A stretch of DNA of 64,000 bases from Antedon mediterranea (taxonomy: Eukaryota > Animalia > Echinodermata), in NCBI RefSeq assembly GCF_964355755.1, contig NC_092678.1, positions 10,786,352-10,850,351 on the forward strand. Direction: 5' to 3'. Positions 39,411-51,500 of this stretch are shown here, one piece after another. Each line of letters begins with the position of its first letter. Position 1 is the first letter of the stretch. The notes under the pieces were generated by a model. It searched no databases. It was not told where the DNA came from and was given only the letters and a program-made list of their open reading frames with translations. Position numbers and translations under genes: made by a program.

Positions 39411-42400
39411 ATTTCGTTAAAACTTTTCACACAAAAACACCAAAGTGCTCAGAATACCTTCAAATCGCATTTTGAGACGTTTTAGACCATTTTGTGATTT
39501 TCGAAAATACTTTTTAACAGAAAAACACCAAAGTGCTCAGAATATCTTCAAATCGCATTTGGAGACGTTTTAGACCATTTTGTGATTTTCGAAAAAACTT
39601 TTTAACATAAAAACACCAAAGTGCTCAGAATATCTTCAAATCGCATTTGGAGACGTTTTAGACCATTTTGTGATTTTCGAAAAAACTTGTTAACATAAAA
39701 ACAGCAAAGTGCTTAGAAAAGCTTCAAATCGCATTTGGAGACGTTTTAGACCATTTTGTTCATTTCGATAAAACTTGGTTACACAAAAACATCAAAGAGC
39801 ACAAAATAGCTTAATATCGTTTTAAAAACGTTTTAGACCATTTTGAGCATTTCGACAAAACTTTTTTCACACAAAACATCAAAGTGTACAGAATAGCTTC
39901 AAATCGCATTTGGAGACGTTTTAGACCATTTTGTGATTTTCGAAAAAACTTGTTAACATAAAAACACCAAAGTGCTTAGAAAAGCTTCAAATCGCATTTG
40001 GAGACGTTTTAGACCATTTTGTGATTTTCGAAAAAACTTGGTTACACAAAAACATCAAAGTGGTTAAAATCACATTAGAAACCGTTTTAGACCATTTTGA
40101 GCATTTCGTTAAAACTTTTCACACAAAAACACCAAAGTGCTCAGAATACCTTCAAATCGCATTTTAAAACGTTTTAGACCATTTTGTGATTTTCGAAAAA
40201 ACTTGTTAACATAAAAACACCAAAGTGCTTAGAAAAGCTTCAAATCGCATTTGGAGACGTTTTAGACCATTTTGTGATTTTCGAAAAAACTTGGTTACAC
40301 AAAAACATCAAAGAGCACAAAATAGCTTTATATCGTTTTAAAAACGTTTTAGACCATTTTGAGCATTTCGATGAAACTTGGTTGTACAAAAACATCAAAG
40401 TGCTTAAAATCACATTAGAACCGTTTTAGACCATTTTGAGCTTTTCGTTAAAACTTTTCACACAAAAACACCAAAGTGCTCAGAATATCTTCAAATCGCA
40501 TTTGGAGACGTTTTAGACCATTTTGTGATTTTCGAAAAAACTTTTTAACATAAAAACACCAAAGTGCTCAGAATATCTTCAAATCGCATTTGGAGACGTT
40601 TTGGACCATTTTGTGATTTTCGAAAAAACTTGTTAACATAAAAACAGCAAAGTGCTTAGAAAAGCTTCAAATCGCATTTGGAGACGTTTTAGACCATTTT
40701 GTGCATTTCGATGAAACTTGGTTATACAAAAACATCAAAGAGCACAAAATAGCTTAATATCGTTTTAAAAACGTTTTAAACCATTTTGAGCATTTCGACA
40801 AAACTTTTTCACACAAAACATCAAAGTGTACAGAATAGCTTCAAATCGCATTTGGAGACGTTTTAGACCATTTTGTGATTTTCGAAAAAACTTTTTAACA
40901 TAAAAACACCAAAGTGCTCAGAATATCTTCAAATCGCATTTGGAGACGTTTTAGACCATTTTGTGATTTTCGAAAAAACTTTTTAACATAAAAACACCAA
41001 AGTGCTCAGAATATCTTCAAATCGCATTTGGAGACGTTTTAGACCATTTTGTGATTTTCGAAAAAGCTTGTTAAAATAAAAACAGCAAAGTGCTTGGAAA
41101 AGCTTCAAATCGCATTTGGAGACATTTTAGACCATTTTGTGCATTTCGATGAAACTTGGTTTTACAAAAACATCAAAGTGCTTAAAATCACATTAGAAAC
41201 CGTTTTAGACAATTTTGAGCATTTCGTTAAAACTTTTCACACAAAAACACCAAAGTGCTCAGAATACCTTCAAATCGCATTTTGAGACGTTTTAGACCAT
41301 TTTGTGATTTTCGAAAAAACCTGTTAACATAAAAACAGCAAAGTGCTTGGAAAAGCTTCAAATCGCATTTGGAGACGTTTTAGACCATTTTGTTCATTTC
41401 GATAAAACTTGGTTACACAAAAACATCAAAGAGCACAAAATAGCTCAATATCGTTTTAAAAACGTTTTAGACCATTTTGAGCATTTCGACAAAACTTTTT
41501 TCACACAAAACATCAAAGTGTACAGAATAGCTTCAAATCGCATTTGGAGACGTTTTAGACCATTTTGTGATTTTCGAAAAAACTTGGTTACACAAAAACA
41601 TCAAAGTGCTTAAAATCACATTAGAAACCGTTTTAGACCATTTTGAGCATTTCGTTAAAACTTTTCACACAAAAACACCAAAGTGCTCAGAATACCTTCA
41701 AATCGCATTTTGAGACGTTTTAGACCATTTTGTGATTTTCGAAAAAACTTGTTAACATAAAAACACCAAAGTGCTTAGAAAAGCTTCAAATCGCATATGG
41801 AGACGTTTTAGACCATTTTGTTATTTTCGAAAAAACTTGGTTACACAAAAACATCAAAGAGCACAAAATAGCTTAATATCGTTTTAAAAACGTTTTAGAC
41901 CATTTTGAGCTTTTCGTTAAAACTTTTCACACAAAAACACCAAAGTGCTCAGAATATCTTCAAATCGCATTTGGAGACGTTTTAGACCATTTTGTGATTT
42001 TCGAAAAAACTTTTTAACATAAAAACACCAAAGTGCTCAGAATATCTTCAAATCGCATTTGGAGACGTTTTAGACCATTTTGTGATTTTCGAAAAAACTT
42101 GTTAACATAAAAACAGCAAAGTGCTTAGAAAAGCTTCAAATCGCATTTGGAGACGTTTTAGACCATTTTGTGCATTTCGATGAAACTTGGTTATACAAAA
42201 ACATCAAAGAGCACAAAATAGCTTAATATCGTTTTAAAAACGTTTTAAACCATTTTGAGCATTTCGACAAAACTTTTTCACACAAAACATCAAAGTGTAC
42301 AGAATAGCTTCAAATCGCATTTGGAGACGTTTTAGACCATTTTGTGATTTTCGAAAAAACTTTTTAACATAAAAACACCAAAGTGCTCAGAATATCTTCA

Positions 42401-42584
42401 AATCGCATTTGGAGACGTTTTAGACCATTTTGTGATTTGCGAAAAAACTTGTTAACATAAAAACACCAAAGTGCTTAGAAAAGCTTCAAATCGCATTTGG
42501 AGACGTTTTAGACCATTTTGTGATTTTCGAAAAAACTTGGTTACACAAAAACATCAAAGAGCACAAAATAGCTTAATATCGTTT
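39411..42584 (-). repeat. Satellite block in inverted orientation (~3.17 kb)
   Basis: Monomers read as the reverse complement (GACGTTTTAGACCATTTTGTGATTTTCG). Junctions ...AATGGTC|ATTTCGTTAA and ...ATATCGTTT|AATCG|TCTAATGTG. Confidence 0.97.
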
Positions 42585-42589
42585 AATCG

Positions 42590-45500
42590 TCTAATGTGAT
42601 TTTAAGCACTTTGATGTTTTTGTACAACCAAGTTTCATCGAAATGCTCAAAATGGTCTAAAACGTTTTTAAAACGATATAAAGCTATTTTGTGCTCTTTG
42701 ATGTTTTTGTGTAACCAAGTTTTTTCGAAAATCACAAAATGGTCTAAAACGTCTCCAAATGCGATTTGAAGCTTTTCTAAGCACTTTGGTGTTTTTATGT
42801 TAACAAGTTTTTTCGAAAATCACAAAATGGTCTAAAACGTTTTAAAATGCGATTTGAAGGTATTCTGAGCACTTTGGTGTTTTTGTGTGAAAAGTTTTAA
42901 CGAAATGCTCAAAATGGTCTAAAACGGTTTCTAATGTGATTTTAACCACTTTGATGTTTTTGTGTAACCAAGTTTTTTCGAAAATCACAAAATGGTCTAA
43001 AACGTCTCCAAATGCGATTTGAAGCTTTTCTAAGCACTTTGGTGTTTTTATGTTAACAAGTTTTTTCGAAAATCACAAAATGGTCTAAAACGTCTCCAAA
43101 TGCGATTTGAAGCTATTCTGTACACTTTGATGTTTTGTGTGAAAAAAGTTTTGTCGAAATGCTCAAAATGGTCTAAAACGTTTTTAAAACGATATTAAGC
43201 TATTTTGTGCTCTTTGATGTTTTTGTGTAACCAAGTTTTATCGAAATGAACAAAATGGTCTAAAACGTCTCCAAATGCGATTTGAAGCTTTTCTAAGCAC
43301 TTTGCTGTTTTTATGTTAACAAGTTTTTTCGAAAATCACAAAATGGTCTAAAACGTCTCCAAATGCGATTTGAAGATATTCTGAGCACTTTGGTGTTTTT
43401 ATGTTAAAAAGTTTTTTCGAAAATCACAAAATGGTCTAAAACGTCTCCAAATGCGATTTGAAGATATTCTGAGCACTTTGGTGTTTTTCTGTTAAAAAGT
43501 ATTTTCGAAAATCACAAAATGGTCTAAAACGTCTCCAAATGCAATTTGAAGCTATTCTGTACACTTTGATGTTTTGTGTGAAAAAGTTTTGTCAAAATGC
43601 TCAAAATGGTCTAAAACGTTTTTAAAACGATATTAAGCTATTTTGTGCTCTTTGATGTTTTTGTATAACCAAGTTTTTTCGAAAATCACAAAATGGTCTA
43701 AAACGTCTCCAAATGCGATTTGAAGCTTTTCTAAACACTTTGGTGTTTTTATGTTAACAAGTTTTTTCGAAAATCACAAAATGGTCTAAAACGTCTCCAA
43801 ATCCGATTTGAAGCTATTCTGTACACTTTGATGTTTTGTGTGAAAAAGTTTTGTCGAAATGCTCAAAATGGTCTAAAACGTTTTTAAAACGATATTAAGC
43901 TATTTTGTGCTCTTTGATGTTTTTGTGTAACCAAGTTTCATCGATATGAACAAAATGGTCTAAAACGTCTCAAAATGCGATTTGAAGGTATTCTGAGCAC
44001 TTTGGTGTTTTTGGGTGAAAAGTTTTAACGAAATGCTCAAAATGGTCTAAAACGGTTTCTAATGTGATTTTAAGCACTTTGAAGTATTTGTAAAAACAAG
44101 TTTCATCGAAATGCACAAAATAGTCTAAAACGTCTCCAAATGCGATTTGAAGCTTTTCTAAGCACTTTGGTGTTTTTATGTTAACAAGTTTTTTCGAAAA
44201 TCACAAAATGGTCTAAAACGTCTCCAAATGCGATTTGAAGATATTCTGAGCACTTTTGTGTTTTTATGTTAAAAAGTATTTTCGAAAATCACAAAATGGT
44301 CTAAAACGTCTCCAAATGCGATTTGAAGCTCTTCTGTACACTTTGATGTTTTGTGTGAAAAAGTTTAGTCGAAATGCTCAAAATGGTCTAAAACGTTTTT
44401 AAAATGATATTAAGCTATTTTGTGCTCTTTGATGTTTTTGTGTAACCAAGTTTCATCGAAATGAACAAAATGGTCTAAAACGTCTCCAAATGCGATTTGA
44501 AGCTTTTCTAAGCACTTTGGTGTTTTTATGTTAACAAGTTTTTTCGAAAATCACAAAATGGTCTAAAACGTCTCCAAATGCGATTTGAAGATATTCTGAG
44601 CACTTTGCTGTTTTTATGTTAACAAGTTTTTTCGAAAATCACAAAATGGTCTAAAACGTCTCAAAATGCTATTTGAAGGTATTCTGAGCACTTTGGTGTT
44701 TTTGTGTGAAAAGTTTTAACGAAATGCTCAAAATGGTCTAAAACGGTTCTAATGTGATTTTAAACACTTTGATGTTTTGTGTGAAAAAGTTTTGTCAAAA
44801 TGCTCAAAATGGTCTAAAACGTTTTTAAAACGATATTAAGCTATTTTGTGCTCTTTGATGTTTTTGTATAACCAAGTTTTTTCGAAAATCACAAAATGGT
44901 CTAAAACGTCTCCAAATGCGATTTGAAGATATTCTGAGCACTTTGGTGTTTTTATGTTAAAAAGTTTTTTCGAAAATCACAAAATGGTCTAAAACGTCTC
45001 CAAATGCGATTTGAAGATATTCTGAGCACTTTGGTGTTTTTATGTTAAAAAGTTTTTTCGAAAATCACAAAATGGTCTAAAACGTCTCCAAATGCGATTT
45101 GAAGCTATTCTATACACTTTGATGTTTTGTGTTAAAAAGTTTTGTCGAAATGCTCAAAATGGTTTAAAACGTTTTTAAAACGATATTAAGCTATTTTGTG
45201 CTCTTTGATGTTTTTGTGTAACCAAGTTTCATCGAAATGAACAAAATGGTCTAAAACGTCTCCAAATGCGATTTGAAGCTTTTCCAAGCACTTTGCTGTT
45301 TTTATGTTAACAAGTTTTTTCGAAAATCACAAAATTGTCTAAAACGTCTCAAAATGCGATTTGAAGGTATTCTGAGCACTTTGGTGTTTTTGTGTGAAAA
45401 GTTTTAACGAAAAGCTCAAAATGGTCTAAAACGGTTCTAATGTGATTTTAAGCACTTTGATGTTTTTGTACAACCAAGTTTCATCGAAATGCTCAAAATG

Positions 45501-48500
45501 GTCTAAAACGTTTTTAAAACGATATTAAGCTATTTTGTGCTCTTTGATGTTTTTGTGTAACCAAGTTTTTTCGAAAATCACAAAATGGTCTAAAACGTCT
45601 CCAAATGCGATTTGAAGCTTTTCTAAGCACTTTGGTGTTTTTATGTTAACAAGTTTTTTCGAAAATCACAAAATGGTCTAAAACGTCTCCAAATGCGATT
45701 TGAAGGTATTCTGAGCACTTTGGTGTTTTTGTGTGAAAAGTTTTAACGAAATGCTCAAAATGGTCTAAAACGGTTTCTAATGTGATTTTAACCACTTTGA
45801 TGTTTTTGTGTAACCAAGTTCTTTTCGAAAATCACAAAATGGTCTAAAACGTCTCCAAATGCGATTTGAAGCTTTTCTAAGCACTTTGGTGTTTTTATGT
45901 TAACAAGTTTTTTCGAAAATCACAAAATGGTCTAAAACGTCTCAAAATGCGATTTGAAGGTATTCTGAGCACTTTGGTGTTTTTGTGTGAAAAGTTTTAA
46001 CGAAATGCTCAAAATGGTCTAAAACGGTTTCTAATGTGATTTTAACCACTTTGATGTTTTTGTGTAACCAAGTTTTTTCGAAAATCACAAAATGGTCTAA
46101 AACGTCTCCAAATGCGATTTGAAGCTTTTCTAAGCACTTTGGTGTTTTTATGTTAACAAGTTTTTTCGAAAATCACAAAATGGTCTAAAACGTCTCCAAA
46201 TGCGATTTGAAGCTATTCTGTACACTTTGATGTTTTGTGTGAAAAGTTTTAACGAAATGCTCAAAATTGTCTAAAACGATTTCTAATGTGATTTTAAGCA
46301 CTTTGATGTTTTTGTAAAACCAAGTTTCATCGAAATGCACAAAATGGTCTAAAACGTCTCCAAATGCGATTTGAAGCTTTTCCAAGCACTTTGGTGTTTT
46401 AATGTTAACAAGGTTTTTCGAAAATCACAAAATGGTCTAAAACGTCTCCAAATGCGATTTTAAGCTTTTCCAAGCACTTTGCTGTTTTTATGTTAACAAG
46501 TTTTTTCGAAAATCACAAAATGGTCTAAAACGTCTCCAAATGCGATTTGAAGATATTCTGAGCACTTTGCTGTTTTTATGTTAACAAGTTTTTTCGAAAA
46601 TCACAAAATGGTCTAAAACGTCTCAAAATGCTATTTGAAGGTATTCTGAGCACTTTGGTGTTTTTGTGTGAAAAGTTTTAACGAAAAGCTCAAAATGGTC
46701 TAAAACGGTTCTAATGTGATTTTAAGCACTTTGATGTTTTTGTACAACCAAGTTTCATCGAAATGCTCAAAATGGTCTAAAACGTTTTTAAAACGATATT
46801 AAGCTATTTTGTGCTCTTTGATGTTTTTGTGTAACCAAGTTTTTTCGAAAATCACAAAATGGTCTAAAACGTCTCCAAATGCGATTTGAAGCTTTTCTAA
46901 GCACTTTGGTGTTTTTATGTTAACAAGTTTTTTCGAAAATCACAAAATGGTCTAAAACGTCTCAAAATGCGATTTGAAGGTATTCTGAGCACTTTGGTGT
47001 TTTTGTGTGAAAAGTTTTAACGAAATGCTCAAAATGGTCTAAAACGGTTTCTAATGTGATTTTAACCACTTTGATGTTTTTGTGTAACCAAGTTCTTTTC
47101 GAAAATCACAAAATGGTCTAAAACGTCTCCAAATGCGATTTGAAGCTTTTCTAAGCACTTTGGTGTTTTTATGTTAACAAGTTTTTTCGAAAATCACAAA
47201 ATGGTCTAAAACGTCTCAAAATGCGATTTGAAGGTATTCTGAGCACTTTGGTGTTTTTGTGTGAAAAGTTTTAACGAAATGCTCAAAATGGTCTAAAACG
47301 GTTTCTAATGTGATTTTAACCACTTTGATGTTTTTGTGTAACCAAGTTTTTTCGAAAATCACAAAATGGTCTAAAACGTCTCCAAATGCGATTTGAAACT
47401 TTTCTAAGCACTTTGGTGTTTTTATGTTAACAAGTTTTTTCGAAAATCACAAAATGGTCTAAAACGTCTCCAAATGCGATTTGAAGCTATTCTGTACACT
47501 TTGATGTTTTGTGTGAAAAGTTTTAACGAAATGCTCAAAATTGTCTAAAACGATTTCTAATGTGATTTTAAGCACTTTGATGTTTTTGTAAAACCAAGTT
47601 TCATCGAAATGCACAAAATGGTCTAAAACGTCTCCAAATGCGATTTGAAGCTTTTCCAAGCACTTTGGTGTTTTTATGTTAACAAGGTTTTTCGAAAATC
47701 ACAAAATGGTCTAAAACGTCTCCAAATGCGATTTTAAGCTTTTCCAAGCACTTTGCTGTTTTTATGTTAACAAGTTTTTTCGAAAATCACAAAATGGTCT
47801 AAAACGTCTCCAAATGCGATTTGAAGATATTCTGAGCACTTTGCTGTTTTTATGTTAACAAGTTTTTTCGAAAATCACAAAATGGTCTAAAACGTCTCAA
47901 AATGCTATTTGAAGGTATTCTGAGCACTTTGGTGTTTTTGTGTGAAAAGTTTTAACGAAATGCTCAAAATGGTCTAAAACGGTTCTAATGTAATTTTAAG
48001 CACTTTGATGTTTTTGTATAACCAAGTTTCATCGAAATGCTCAAAATGGTCTAAAACGTTTTTAAAACGATATTAAGCTATTTTGTGCTCTTTGATGTTT
48101 TTGTGTAACGAAGTTTCATCGAAATGAACAAAATGGTCTAAAACGTCTCCAAATGCGATTTGAAGCTTTTCCAAGCACTTTGCTGTTTTTATGTTAACAA
48201 GTTTTTTCGAAAATCACAAAATGGCCTAAAACGTGTTAAAATGCGATTTCAAGGTATTCTGAGCACTTTGGTGTTTTTGTGTGAAAGGTTTTAACGAAAT
48301 GCTCAAAATGGTCTAAAACGGTTTCTAATGTGATTTTAAGCACTTTGATGTTTTTGTATAACCAAGTTTCATCGAAATGCACAAAATGGTCTAAAACGTC
48401 TCCAAATGCGATTTGAAGCTTTTCTAAGCACTTTGCTGTTTTTATGTTAACAAGTTTTTTCGAAAATCACAAAATGGTCTAAAACGTCTCCAAATGCGAT

Positions 48501-51500
48501 TTGAAGATATTCTGAGCACTTTGGTGTTTTTATGTTAAAAAGTTTTTTAGAAAATCACAAAATGGTCTAAAACGTCTCCAAATGCGATTTGAAGATATTC
48601 TGAGCACTTTGGTGTTTTTATGTTAAAAAGTTTTTTCGAAAATCACAAAATGGTCTAAAACGTCTCCAAATGCGATTTGAAGATATTCTGAGCACTTTGG
48701 TGTTTTTATGTTAAAAAGTTTTTTCGAAAATCACAAAATGGTCTAAAACGTCTCCAAATGCGATTTGAAGATATTCTGAGCACTTTGGTGTTTTTATGTT
48801 AAAAAGTTTTTTCGAAAATCACAAAATGGTCTAAAACGTCTCCAAATGCGATTTGAAGCTATTCTGTACACTTTGATGTTTTGTGTGAAAAAGTTTTGTC
48901 GAAATGCTCAAAATGGTCTAAAACGTTTTTAAAACGATATTAAGCTATTTTGTGCTCTTTGATGTTTTTGTGTAACCAAGTTTTATCGAAATGAACAAAA
49001 TGGTCTAAAACGTCTCCAAATGCGATTTGAAGCTTTTCCAAGCACTTTGCTGTTTTTATGTTAACAAGTTTTTTCGAAAATCACAAAATGGTCTAAAACG
49101 TCTCAAAATGCGATTTGAAGGTATTCTGAGCACTTTGGTGTTTTTGTGTGAAAAGTTTTAACGAAATGCTCAAAATTGTCTAAAACGGTTTCTAATGTGA
49201 TTTTAAGCACTTTGATGTTTTTGTAAAACCAAGTTTCATCGAAATGAACAAAATGGTCTAAAATGTCTCCAAATGCGATTTGAAGCTTTTCCAAGCACTT
49301 TGCTGTTTTTATGTTAACAAGCTTTTTCGAAAATCACAAAATGGTCTAAAACGTCTCCAAATGCGATTTGAAGATATTCTGAGCACTTTGGTGTTTTTAT
49401 GTTAAAAAGTTTTTTCGAAAATCACAAAATGGTCTAAAACGTCTCCAAATGCGATTTGAAGCTATTCTGTACACTTTGATGTTTTGTGTGAAAAAGTTTT
49501 GTCGAAATGCTCAAAATGGTCTAAAACGTTTTTAAAACGATATTAAGCTATTTTGTGCTCTTTGATGTTTTTGTGTAACCAAGTTTTATCGAAATGAACA
49601 AAATGGTCTAAAACGTCTCCAAATGCGATTTGAAGCTTTTCCAAGCACTTTGCTGTTTTTATGTTAACAAGTTTTTTCGAAAATCACAAAATGGTCTAAA
49701 ACGTCTCAAAATGCGATTTGAAGGTATTCTGAGCACTTTGGTGTTTTTGTGTGAAAAGTTTTAACGAAATGCTCAAAATTGTCTAAAACGGTTTCTAATG
49801 TGATTTTAAGCACTTTGATGTTTTTGTAAAACAAAGTTTCATCGAAATGAACAAAATGGTCTAAAATGTCTCCAAATGCGATTTGAAGCTTTTCCAAGCA
49901 CTTTGCTGTTTTTATGTTAACAAGCTTTTTCGAAAATCACAAAATGGTCTAAAACGTCTCCAAATGCGATTTGAAGATATTCTGAGCACTTTGGTGTTTT
50001 TATGTTAAAAAGTTTTTTCGAAAATCACAAAATGGTCTAAAACGTCTCCAAATGCGATTTGAAGATATTCTGAGCACTTTGGTGTTTTTATGTTAAAAAG
50101 TTTTTTCGAAAATCACAAAATGGTCTAAAACGTCTCCAAATGCGATTTGAAGCTATTCTGTACACTTTGATGTTTTGTGTGAAAAAGTTTTGTCGAAATG
50201 CTCAAAATGGTTTAAAACGTTTTTAAAACGATATTAAGTTATTTTGTGCTCTTTGATGTTTTTGTGTAACCAAGTTTCATCGAAATGAACAAAATGGTCT
50301 AAAACGTCTCCAAATGCGATTTGAAGCTTTTCCAAGCACTTTGCTGTTTTTATGTTAACAAGTTTTTTCGAAAATCACAAAATGGTGTAAAACGTCTCAA
50401 AATGCGATTTGAAGGTATTCTGAGCACTTTGGTGTTTTTGTGTGAAAAGTTTTAACGAAATGCTCAAAATGGTCTAAAACGGTTCTAATGTGATTTTAAG
50501 CTATTCTAGACACTTTGATGTTTTGTGTGAAAAAGTTTTCTCGAAATGCTCAAAATGGTCTAAAACGTTTTCCAATACCATATTAAGCTATTTTGTGCAA
50601 TTTGATGTTTTTGTGTAACCAAGTTTTTTGAAATGCGATTTGAAGATATTCTGAGGACTTTGGTGTTTTTATGTTAAAAAGTTTTTTCGAAAATCACAAA
50701 ATGGTCTAAAACGTCTCCAAATGCGATTTGAAGATATTCTGAGCACTTTGGTGTTTTTATGTTAAAAAGTTTTTTCGAAAATCACAAAATGGTCTAAAAC
50801 GTCTCCAAATGCGAGTTGAAGCTATTCTGTACACTTTGATGTTTTGTGTGAAAAAGTTTTGTCGAAATGCTCAAAATGGTCTAAAACGTTTTTAAAACGA
50901 TATTAAGCTATTTTGTGCTCTTTGATGTTTTTGTGTAACCAAGTTTTTTCGAAAATCACAAAATGGTCTAAAACGTCTCCAAATGCGATTTGAAGCTTTT
51001 CTAAGCACTTTGGTGTTTTTATGTTAACAAGTTTTTTCGCAAATCACAAAATGGTCTAAAACGTCTCCAAATGCGATTTGAAGATATTCTGAGCACATTG
51101 GTGTTTTTATGTTAAAAAGTTTTTTCGAAAATCACAAAATGGTCTAAAACGTTTCCAAATGCGATTTGAAGCTCTTCTGTACACTTTGATGTTTTGTGTG
51201 AAAAAGTTTTGTCGAAATGCTCAAAATGGTCTAAAACGTTTTTAAATACGATATTAAGCTGTTTTGTGCACTTTGATGGTTTGTGTGAAAAGTTTTAACG
51301 AAATGCTCAAAATGGTCAAAAACGGTTTCTAATGTGATTTTAAGCACTTTGATGTTTTTGTGTAACCAAGTTTTTTCGAAAATCACAAAATGGTCTAAAA
51401 CGTCTCCAAATGCGATTTGAAGCTTTTCTAAACACTTTGGTGTTTTTATGTTAACAAGTTTTTTCGAAAATCACAAAATGGTCTAAAACGTCTCCAAATG

